Source: Escherichia phage T7. From it: 36,016 nt of DNA. Position 1 is the stretch's first letter. Each line of letters begins with the position of its first letter. Made by a program: the position numbers and the translations under genes. This document shows positions 29,601 through 36,016 of this stretch, one piece after another. The stretch is from sequence record PV223880.1; one strand, given 5' to 3'. The notes under the pieces were generated by a model. It was given only the letters and a program-made list of their open reading frames with translations. It had not been told where the DNA came from and ran no database searches.

Positions 29601-30630
29601 ACAGGAACTGGCTGCTCGCTCTCCGTGGACTAAGCTACTGAACGGAACCACTAACTACCTTCTGGATGCTGCGCGTCAAGGTATGCTTGGGGATGTTATT
29701 AGTGCCACCCTAACAGGTAAGACTACCCGCTGGGAGAAAGAAGGCTTCCTTCGTGGTGCCTCCGTAACTCCTGAGCAGATGGCTGGCATCAAGTCTCTCA
29801 TCAAGGAACATATGGTACGCGGTGAGGACGGGAAGTTTACCGTTAAGGACAAGCAAGCGTTCTCTATGGACCCACGGGCTATGGACTTATGGAGACTGGC
29901 TGACAAGGTAGCTGATGAGGCAATGCTGCGTCCACATAAGGTGTCCTTACAGGATTCCCATGCGTTCGGAGCACTAGGTAAGATGGTTATGCAGTTTAAG
30001 TCTTTCACTATCAAGTCCCTTAACTCTAAGTTCCTGCGAACCTTCTATGATGGATACAAGAACAACCGAGCGATTGACGCTGCGCTGAGCATCATCACCT
30101 CTATGGGTCTCGCTGGTGGTTTCTATGCTATGGCTGCACACGTCAAAGCATACGCTCTGCCTAAGGAGAAACGTAAGGAGTACTTGGAGCGTGCACTGGA
30201 CCCAACCATGATTGCCCACGCTGCGTTATCTCGTAGTTCTCAATTGGGTGCTCCTTTGGCTATGGTTGACCTAGTTGGTGGTGTTTTAGGGTTCGAGTCC
30301 TCCAAGATGGCTCGCTCTACGATTCTACCTAAGGACACCGTGAAGGAACGTGACCCAAACAAACCGTACACCTCTAGAGAGGTAATGGGCGCTATGGGTT
30401 CAAACCTTCTGGAACAGATGCCTTCGGCTGGCTTTGTGGCTAACGTAGGGGCTACCTTAATGAATGCTGCTGGCGTGGTCAACTCACCTAATAAAGCAAC
30501 CGAGCAGGACTTCATGACTGGTCTTATGAACTCCACAAAAGAGTTAGTACCGAACGACCCATTGACTCAACAGCTTGTGTTGAAGATTTATGAGGCGAAC
30601 GGTGTTAACTTGAGGGAGCGTAGGAAATAA
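26674..30630 (+). CDS. 16: Internal core protein D with N-terminal lytic transglycosylase domain (gene 16), 1318 aa
   Basis: N-terminus ...VSYDLLRKVAWTESRFVPTAKSKTGPLGMMQF... (transglycosylase-type motif). Confidence 0.97.
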   Translation: MDKYDKNVPSDYDGLFQKAADANGVSYDLLRKVAWTESRFVPTAKSKTGPLGMMQFTKATAKALGLRVTDGPDDDRLNPELAINAAAKQLAGLVGKFDGDELKAALAYNQGEGRLGNPQLEAYSKGDFASISEEGRNYMRNLLDVAKSPMAGQLETFGGITPKGKGIPAEVGLAGIGHKQKVTQELPESTSFDVKGIEQEATAKPFAKDFWETHGETLDEYNSRSTFFGFKNAAEAELSNSVAGMAFRAGRLDNGFDVFKDTITPTRWNSHIWTPEELEKIRTEVKNPAYINVVTGGSPENLDDLIKLANENFENDSRAAEAGLGAKLSAGIIGAGVDPLSYVPMVGVTGKGFKLINKALVVGAESAALNVASEGLRTSVAGGDADYAGAALGGFVFGAGMSAISDAVAAGLKRSKPEAEFDNEFIGPMMRLEARETARNANSADLSRMNTENMKFEGEHNGVPYEDLPTERGAVVLHDGSVLSASNPINPKTLKEFSEVDPEKAARGIKLAGFTEIGLKTLGSDDADIRRVAIDLVRSPTGMQSGASGKFGATASDIHERLHGTDQRTYNDLYKAMSDAMKDPEFSTGGAKMSREETRYTIYRRAALAIERPELQKALTPSERIVMDIIKRHFDTKRELMENPAIFGNTKAVSIFPESRHKGTYVPHVYDRHAKALMIQRYGAEGLQEGIARSWMNSYVSRPEVKARVDEMLKELHGVKEVTPEMVEKYAMDKAYGISHSDQFTNSSIIEENIEGLVGIENNSFLEARNLFDSDLSITMPDGQQFSVNDLRDFDMFRIMPAYDRRVNGDIAIMGSTGKTTKELKDEILALKAKAEGDGKKTGEVHALMDTVKILTGRARRNQDTVWETSLRAINDLGFFAKNAYMGAQNITEIAGMIVTGNVRALGHGIPILRDTLYKSKPVSAKELKELHASLFGKEVDQLIRPKRADIVQRLREATDTGPAVANIVGTLKYSTQELAARSPWTKLLNGTTNYLLDAARQGMLGDVISATLTGKTTRWEKEGFLRGASVTPEQMAGIKSLIKEHMVRGEDGKFTVKDKQAFSMDPRAMDLWRLADKVADEAMLRPHKVSLQDSHAFGALGKMVMQFKSFTIKSLNSKFLRTFYDGYKNNRAIDAALSIITSMGLAGGFYAMAAHVKAYALPKEKRKEYLERALDPTMIAHAALSRSSQLGAPLAMVDLVGGVLGFESSKMARSTILPKDTVKERDPNKPYTSREVMGAMGSNLLEQMPSAGFVANVGATLMNAAGVVNSPNKATEQDFMTGLMNSTKELVPNDPLTQQLVLKIYEANGVNLRERRK

Positions 30631-30650
30631 TACGACTCACTATAGGGAGA
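30628..30650 (+). promoter_or_regulatory. phi17: T7 RNAP class III promoter phi17
   Basis: taatacgactcactatagggaga overlapping gene 16 stop. Confidence 0.95.
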
Positions 30651-30702
30651 GGCGAAATAATCTTCTCCCTGTAGTCTCTTAGATTTACTTTAAGGAGGTC
30701 AA

Positions 30703-32364
30703 ATGGCTAACGTAATTAAAACCGTTTTGACTTACCAGTTAGATGGCTCCAATCGTGATTTTAATATCCCGTTTGAGTATCTAGCCCGTAAGTTCGTAGT
30801 GGTAACTCTTATTGGTGTAGACCGAAAGGTCCTTACGATTAATACAGACTATCGCTTTGCTACACGTACTACTATCTCTCTGACAAAGGCTTGGGGTCCA
30901 GCCGATGGCTACACGACCATCGAGTTACGTCGAGTAACCTCCACTACCGACCGATTGGTTGACTTTACGGATGGTTCAATCCTCCGCGCGTATGACCTTA
31001 ACGTCGCTCAGATTCAAACGATGCACGTAGCGGAAGAGGCCCGTGACCTCACTGCGGATACTATCGGTGTCAATAACGATGGTCACTTGGATGCTCGTGG
31101 TCGTCGAATTGTGAACCTAGCGAACGCCGTGGATGACCGCGATGCTGTTCCGTTTGGTCAACTAAAGACCATGAACCAGAACTCATGGCAAGCACGTAAT
31201 GAAGCCTTACAGTTCCGTAATGAGGCTGAGACTTTCAGAAACCAAGCGGAGGGCTTTAAGAACGAGTCCAGTACCAACGCTACGAACACAAAGCAGTGGC
31301 GCGATGAGACCAAGGGTTTCCGAGACGAAGCCGAGCAGTTCAAGAATACGGCTGGTCAATACGCTACATCTGCTGGGAACTCTGCTTCCGCTGCGCATCA
31401 ATCTGAGGTAAACGCTGAGAACTCTGCCACAGCATCCGCTAACTCTGCTCATTTGGCAGAACAGCAAGCAGACCGTGCGGAACGTGAGGCAGACAAGCTG
31501 GAAAATTACAATGGATTGGCTGGTGCAATTGATAAGGTAGATGGAACCAATGTGTACTGGAAAGGAAATATTCACGCTAACGGGCGCCTTTACATGACCA
31601 CAAACGGTTTTGACTGTGGCCAGTATCAACAGTTCTTTGGTGGTGTCACTAATCGTTACTCTGTCATGGAGTGGGGAGATGAGAACGGATGGCTGATGTA
31701 TGTTCAACGTAGAGAGTGGACAACAGCGATAGGCGGTAACATCCAGTTAGTAGTAAACGGACAGATCATCACCCAAGGTGGAGCCATGACCGGTCAGCTA
31801 AAATTGCAGAATGGGCATGTTCTTCAATTAGAGTCCGCATCCGACAAGGCGCACTATATTCTATCTAAAGATGGTAACAGGAATAACTGGTACATTGGTA
31901 GAGGGTCAGATAACAACAATGACTGTACCTTCCACTCCTATGTACATGGTACGACCTTAACACTCAAGCAGGACTATGCAGTAGTTAACAAACACTTCCA
32001 CGTAGGTCAGGCCGTTGTGGCCACTGATGGTAATATTCAAGGTACTAAGTGGGGAGGTAAATGGCTGGATGCTTACCTACGTGACAGCTTCGTTGCGAAG
32101 TCCAAGGCGTGGACTCAGGTGTGGTCTGGTAGTGCTGGCGGTGGGGTAAGTGTGACTGTTTCACAGGATCTCCGCTTCCGCAATATCTGGATTAAGTGTG
32201 CCAACAACTCTTGGAACTTCTTCCGTACTGGCCCCGATGGAATCTACTTCATAGCCTCTGATGGTGGATGGTTACGATTCCAAATACACTCCAACGGTCT
32301 CGGATTCAAGAATATTGCAGACAGTCGTTCAGTACCTAATGCAATCATGGTGGAGAACGAGTAA
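30703..32364 (+). CDS. 17: Tail fibre protein (gene 17), 553 aa
   Basis: MANVIKTVLTYQLDGSNRDFNIPFEYLARKFVVVTLIG...; coiled-coil middle, C-terminal receptor-binding region. Confidence 0.97.
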   Translation: MANVIKTVLTYQLDGSNRDFNIPFEYLARKFVVVTLIGVDRKVLTINTDYRFATRTTISLTKAWGPADGYTTIELRRVTSTTDRLVDFTDGSILRAYDLNVAQIQTMHVAEEARDLTADTIGVNNDGHLDARGRRIVNLANAVDDRDAVPFGQLKTMNQNSWQARNEALQFRNEAETFRNQAEGFKNESSTNATNTKQWRDETKGFRDEAEQFKNTAGQYATSAGNSASAAHQSEVNAENSATASANSAHLAEQQADRAEREADKLENYNGLAGAIDKVDGTNVYWKGNIHANGRLYMTTNGFDCGQYQQFFGGVTNRYSVMEWGDENGWLMYVQRREWTTAIGGNIQLVVNGQIITQGGAMTGQLKLQNGHVLQLESASDKAHYILSKDGNRNNWYIGRGSDNNNDCTFHSYVHGTTLTLKQDYAVVNKHFHVGQAVVATDGNIQGTKWGGKWLDAYLRDSFVAKSKAWTQVWSGSAGGGVSVTVSQDLRFRNIWIKCANNSWNFFRTGPDGIYFIASDGGWLRFQIHSNGLGFKNIADSRSVPNAIMVENE

Positions 32365-32422
32365 TTGGTAAATCACAAGGAAAGACGTGTAGTCCACGGA
32401 TGGACTCTCAAGGAGGTACAAG

Positions 32423-32626
32423 GTGCTATCATTAGACTTTAACAACGAATTGATTAAGGCTGCTCCAATTGTTGGGACGGGTGTAGCAGATGTTAGTGCT
32501 CGACTGTTCTTTGGGTTAAGCCTTAACGAATGGTTCTACGTTGCTGCTATCGCCTACACAGTGGTTCAGATTGGTGCCAAGGTAGTCGATAAGATGATTG
32601 ACTGGAAGAAAGCCAATAAGGAGTGA
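32423..32626 (+). CDS. 17.5: Holin (gene 17.5), 67 aa
   Basis: MLSLDFNNELIKAAPIVGTGVADVSARLFFGLSLNEWFYVAAIAYTVVQIGAKVVDKMIDWKKANKE, one hydrophobic segment. Confidence 0.9.
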   Translation: MLSLDFNNELIKAAPIVGTGVADVSARLFFGLSLNEWFYVAAIAYTVVQIGAKVVDKMIDWKKANKE

Positions 32627-32631
32627 TATGT

Positions 32632-32901
32632 ATGGAAAAGGATAAGAGCCTTATTACATTCTTAGAGATGTTGGACACTGCGATGGCTCAGCGTATGCTT
32701 GCGGACCTTTCGGACCATGAGCGTCGCTCTCCGCAACTCTATAATGCTATTAACAAACTGTTAGACCGCCACAAGTTCCAGATTGGTAAGTTGCAGCCGG
32801 ATGTTCACATCTTAGGTGGCCTTGCTGGTGCTCTTGAAGAGTACAAAGAGAAAGTCGGTGATAACGGTCTTACGGATGATGATATTTACACATTACAGTG
32901 A
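32632..32901 (+). CDS. 18: Terminase small subunit (gene 18), 89 aa
   Basis: MEKDKSLITFLEMLDTAMAQRMLADLSDHERRSPQLYNAINKLLDRHKFQ... Confidence 0.9.
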   Translation: MEKDKSLITFLEMLDTAMAQRMLADLSDHERRSPQLYNAINKLLDRHKFQIGKLQPDVHILGGLAGALEEYKEKVGDNGLTDDDIYTLQ

Positions 32902-32955
32902 TATACTCAAGGCCACTACAGATAGTGGTCTTTATGGATGTCATTGTCTATACGA
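32900..32955 (+). promoter_or_regulatory. R18.5: RNase III site R18.5
   Basis: atatactcaaggccactacagatagtggtctttatggatg hairpin with the shared motif. Confidence 0.5.
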
Positions 32956-32995
32956 GATGCTCCTACGTGAAATCTGAAAGTTAACGGGAGGCATT

Positions 32996-33427
32996 ATGCT
33001 AGAATTTTTACGTAAGCTAATCCCTTGGGTTCTCGCTGGGATGCTATTCGGGTTAGGATGGCATCTAGGGTCAGACTCAATGGACGCTAAATGGAAACAG
33101 GAGGTACACAATGAGTACGTTAAGAGAGTTGAGGCTGCGAAGAGCACTCAAAGAGCAATCGATGCGGTATCTGCTAAGTATCAAGAAGACCTTGCCGCGC
33201 TGGAAGGGAGCACTGATAGGATTATTTCTGATTTGCGTAGCGACAATAAGCGGTTGCGCGTCAGAGTCAAAACTACCGGAACCTCCGATGGTCAGTGTGG
33301 ATTCGAGCCTGATGGTCGAGCCGAACTTGACGACCGAGATGCTAAACGTATTCTCGCAGTGACCCAGAAGGGTGACGCATGGATTCGTGCGTTACAGGAT
33401 ACTATTCGTGAACTGCAACGTAAGTAG
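32996..33427 (+). CDS. 18.5: Rz-like i-spanin (gene 18.5), 143 aa
   Basis: N-terminal transmembrane segment LIPWVLAGMLFGLGWHL then coiled-coil. Confidence 0.9.
   Translation: MLEFLRKLIPWVLAGMLFGLGWHLGSDSMDAKWKQEVHNEYVKRVEAAKSTQRAIDAVSAKYQEDLAALEGSTDRIISDLRSDNKRLRVRVKTTGTSDGQCGFEPDGRAELDDRDAKRILAVTQKGDAWIRALQDTIRELQRK
33111..33362 (+). CDS. 18.7: Rz1-like o-spanin lipoprotein (gene 18.7), nested in +1 frame inside 18.5
   Basis: 83-aa embedded ORF with lipobox-like ...ATISGCASES and proline-rich region. Confidence 0.8.
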   Translation: MSTLRELRLRRALKEQSMRYLLSIKKTLPRWKGALIGLFLICVATISGCASESKLPEPPMVSVDSSLMVEPNLTTEMLNVFSQ

Positions 33428-33448
33428 GAAATCAAGTAAGGAGGCAAT

Positions 33449-35209
33449 GTGTCTACTCAATCCAATCGTAATGCGCTCGTAGTGGCGAAACTGAAAGGAG
33501 ACTTCGTGGCGTTCCTATTCGTCTTATGGAAGGCGCTAAACCTACCGGTGCCCACTAAGTGTCAGATTGACATGGCTAAGGTGCTGGCGAATGGAGACAA
33601 CAAGAAGTTCATCTTACAGGCTTTCCGTGGTATCGGTAAGTCGTTCATCACATGTGCGTTCGTTGTGTGGTCCTTATGGAGAGACCCTCAGTTGAAGATA
33701 CTTATCGTATCAGCCTCTAAGGAGCGTGCAGACGCTAACTCCATCTTTATTAAGAACATCATTGACCTGCTGCCATTCCTATCTGAGTTAAAGCCAAGAC
33801 CCGGACAGCGTGACTCGGTAATCAGCTTTGATGTAGGCCCAGCCAATCCTGACCACTCTCCTAGTGTGAAATCAGTAGGTATCACTGGTCAGTTAACTGG
33901 TAGCCGTGCTGACATTATCATTGCGGATGACGTTGAGATTCCGTCTAACAGCGCAACTATGGGTGCCCGTGAGAAGCTATGGACTCTGGTTCAGGAGTTC
34001 GCTGCGTTACTTAAACCGCTGCCTTCCTCTCGCGTTATCTACCTTGGTACACCTCAGACAGAGATGACTCTCTATAAGGAACTTGAGGATAACCGTGGGT
34101 ACACAACCATTATCTGGCCTGCTCTGTACCCAAGGACACGTGAAGAGAACCTCTATTACTCACAGCGTCTTGCTCCTATGTTACGCGCTGAGTACGATGA
34201 GAACCCTGAGGCACTTGCTGGGACTCCAACAGACCCAGTGCGCTTTGACCGTGATGACCTGCGCGAGCGTGAGTTGGAATACGGTAAGGCTGGCTTTACG
34301 CTACAGTTCATGCTTAACCCTAACCTTAGTGATGCCGAGAAGTACCCGCTGAGGCTTCGTGACGCTATCGTAGCGGCCTTAGACTTAGAGAAGGCCCCAA
34401 TGCATTACCAGTGGCTTCCGAACCGTCAGAACATCATTGAGGACCTTCCTAACGTTGGCCTTAAGGGTGATGACCTGCATACGTACCACGATTGTTCCAA
34501 CAACTCAGGTCAGTACCAACAGAAGATTCTGGTCATTGACCCTAGTGGTCGCGGTAAGGACGAAACAGGTTACGCTGTGCTGTACACACTGAACGGTTAC
34601 ATCTACCTTATGGAAGCTGGAGGTTTCCGTGATGGCTACTCCGATAAGACCCTTGAGTTACTCGCTAAGAAGGCAAAGCAATGGGGAGTCCAGACGGTTG
34701 TCTACGAGAGTAACTTCGGTGACGGTATGTTCGGTAAGGTATTCAGTCCTATCCTTCTTAAACACCACAACTGTGCGATGGAAGAGATTCGTGCCCGTGG
34801 TATGAAAGAGATGCGTATTTGCGATACCCTTGAGCCAGTCATGCAGACTCACCGCCTTGTAATTCGTGATGAGGTCATTAGGGCCGACTACCAGTCCGCT
34901 CGTGACGTAGACGGTAAGCATGACGTTAAGTACTCGTTGTTCTACCAGATGACCCGTATCACTCGTGAGAAAGGCGCTCTGGCTCATGATGACCGATTGG
35001 ATGCCCTTGCGTTAGGCATTGAGTATCTCCGTGAGTCCATGCAGTTGGATTCCGTTAAGGTCGAGGGTGAAGTACTTGCTGACTTCCTTGAGGAACACAT
35101 GATGCGTCCTACGGTTGCTGCTACGCATATCATTGAGATGTCTGTGGGAGGAGTTGATGTGTACTCTGAGGACGATGAGGGTTACGGTACGTCTTTCATT
35201 GAGTGGTGA
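33449..35209 (+). CDS. 19: Terminase large subunit (gene 19), 586 aa
   Basis: GTG start; Walker A-like FRGIGKSF; full length. Confidence 0.97.
   Translation: MSTQSNRNALVVAKLKGDFVAFLFVLWKALNLPVPTKCQIDMAKVLANGDNKKFILQAFRGIGKSFITCAFVVWSLWRDPQLKILIVSASKERADANSIFIKNIIDLLPFLSELKPRPGQRDSVISFDVGPANPDHSPSVKSVGITGQLTGSRADIIIADDVEIPSNSATMGAREKLWTLVQEFAALLKPLPSSRVIYLGTPQTEMTLYKELEDNRGYTTIIWPALYPRTREENLYYSQRLAPMLRAEYDENPEALAGTPTDPVRFDRDDLRERELEYGKAGFTLQFMLNPNLSDAEKYPLRLRDAIVAALDLEKAPMHYQWLPNRQNIIEDLPNVGLKGDDLHTYHDCSNNSGQYQQKILVIDPSGRGKDETGYAVLYTLNGYIYLMEAGGFRDGYSDKTLELLAKKAKQWGVQTVVYESNFGDGMFGKVFSPILLKHHNCAMEEIRARGMKEMRICDTLEPVMQTHRLVIRDEVIRADYQSARDVDGKHDVKYSLFYQMTRITREKGALAHDDRLDALALGIEYLRESMQLDSVKVEGEVLADFLEEHMMRPTVAATHIIEMSVGGVDVYSEDDEGYGTSFIEW
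34095..34352 (+). CDS. 19.2: gene 19.2 (ORF nested in gene 19, alternate frame, GTG start)
   Basis: ORF ending 34352 in the six-frame track; start and end agree with recalled T7 annotation after offset. Confidence 0.45.
   Translation: MGTQPLSGLLCTQGHVKRTSITHSVLLLCYALSTMRTLRHLLGLQQTQCALTVMTCASVSWNTVRLALRYSSCLTLTLVMPRSTR
34632..34805 (+). CDS. 19.3: gene 19.3 (57-aa ORF nested in gene 19, alternate frame)
   Basis: ATG at 34632, TGA at 34803-34805; position agrees with recalled T7 annotation after offset. Confidence 0.4.
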   Translation: MATPIRPLSYSLRRQSNGESRRLSTRVTSVTVCSVRYSVLSFLNTTTVRWKRFVPVV

Positions 35210-35290
35210 TTTATGCATTAGGACTGCATAGGGATGCACTATAGACCACGGATGGTCAGTTCTTTAAGTTACTGAAAAGACACGATAAAT

Positions 35291-35313
35291 TAATACGACT
35301 CACTATAGGGAGA
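35291..35313 (+). promoter_or_regulatory. phiOR: T7 RNAP promoter phiOR
   Basis: taatacgactcactatagggaga. Confidence 0.95.
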
Positions 35314-35467
35314 GGAGGGACGAAAGGTTACTATATAGATACTGAATGAATACTTATAGAGTGCATAAAGTATGCATAATGGTGTACCTAGAGTGACCTC
35401 TAAGAATGGTGATTATATTGTATTAGTATCACCTTAACTTAAGGACCAACATAAAGGGAGGAGACTC

Positions 35468-35617
35468 ATGTTCCGCTTATTGTTGAACCTACTGCGGCAT
35501 AGAGTCACCTACCGATTTCTTGTGGTACTTTGTGCTGCCCTTGGGTACGCATCTCTTACTGGAGACCTCAGTTCACTGGAGTCTGTCGTTTGCTCTATAC
35601 TCACTTGTAGCGATTAG
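35468..35617 (+). CDS. 19.5: gene 19.5 protein (49 aa), hydrophobic
   Basis: MFRLLLNLLRHRVTYRFLVVLCAALGYASLTGDLSSLESVVCSILTCSD*. Confidence 0.8.
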   Translation: MFRLLLNLLRHRVTYRFLVVLCAALGYASLTGDLSSLESVVCSILTCSD

Positions 35618-35619
35618 GG

Positions 35620-35856
35620 TCTTCCTGACCGACTGATGGCTCACCGAGGGATTCAGCGGTATGATTGCATCACACCACTTCATCCCTATAGAGTCAAGTC
35701 CTAAGGTATACCCATAAAGAGCCTCTAATGGTCTATCCTAAGGTCTATACCTAAAGATAGGCCATCCTATCAGTGTCACCTAAAGAGGGTCTTAGAGAGG
35801 GCCTATGGAGTTCCTATAGGGTCCTTTAAAATATACCATAAAAATCTGAGTGACTA
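35620..35856. repeat. Right-end array of short degenerate repeats (cctaaag / cctatag-type units)
   Basis: Repeated ...cctaaggt..., ...acctaaaga..., ...cacctaaagag... before the terminal repeat. Confidence 0.6.
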
Positions 35857-36016
35857 TCTCACAGTGTACGGACCTAAAGTTCCCCCATAGGGGGTACCTA
35901 AAGCCCAGCCAATCACCTAAAGTCAACCTTCGGTTGACCTTGAGGGTTCCCTAAGGGTTGGGGATGACCCTTGGGTTTGTCTTTGGGTGTTACCTTGAGT
36001 GTCTCTCTGTGTCCCT
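35857..36016 (+). repeat. Right direct terminal repeat (160 bp)
   Basis: Identical to bases 1-160. Confidence 0.95.

Overview
The window is an essentially complete, unit-length genome of coliphage T7 (Teseptimavirus), not a previously undescribed system. It has identical 160-bp direct terminal repeats at both ends (1-160 and 35857-36016), all genes on the + strand, the E. coli promoters A1-A3, about 16 T7 RNA polymerase promoters, the TE and Tphi terminators, and the gene order from ocr (0.3) and gene 1 (RNA polymerase) through gene 19 (large terminase) and 19.5. The interesting content is that the genome is about 3.9 kb shorter than canonical T7 (39,937 bp, recalled from memory). I account for this by seven separate deletions, each removing or truncating non-essential genes: (1) end of 0.3 through most of 0.7, (2) gene 1.4, (3) gene 1.7, (4) gene 3.8 in frame, (5) genes 4.3-4.7, (6) gene 5.3, (7) a frameshifting deletion in 7.7. 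The deletion sizes (1481, 156, 536, 291, 1019, 338 and 100 bp) are derived from recalled reference coordinates, not from an alignment, and sum to the 3921-bp length difference. I found no tRNA, CRISPR array, integrase, transposon or foreign insertion. Coordinates of promoters and small genes were placed by reading the sequence; RNase III sites and the origin are approximate.
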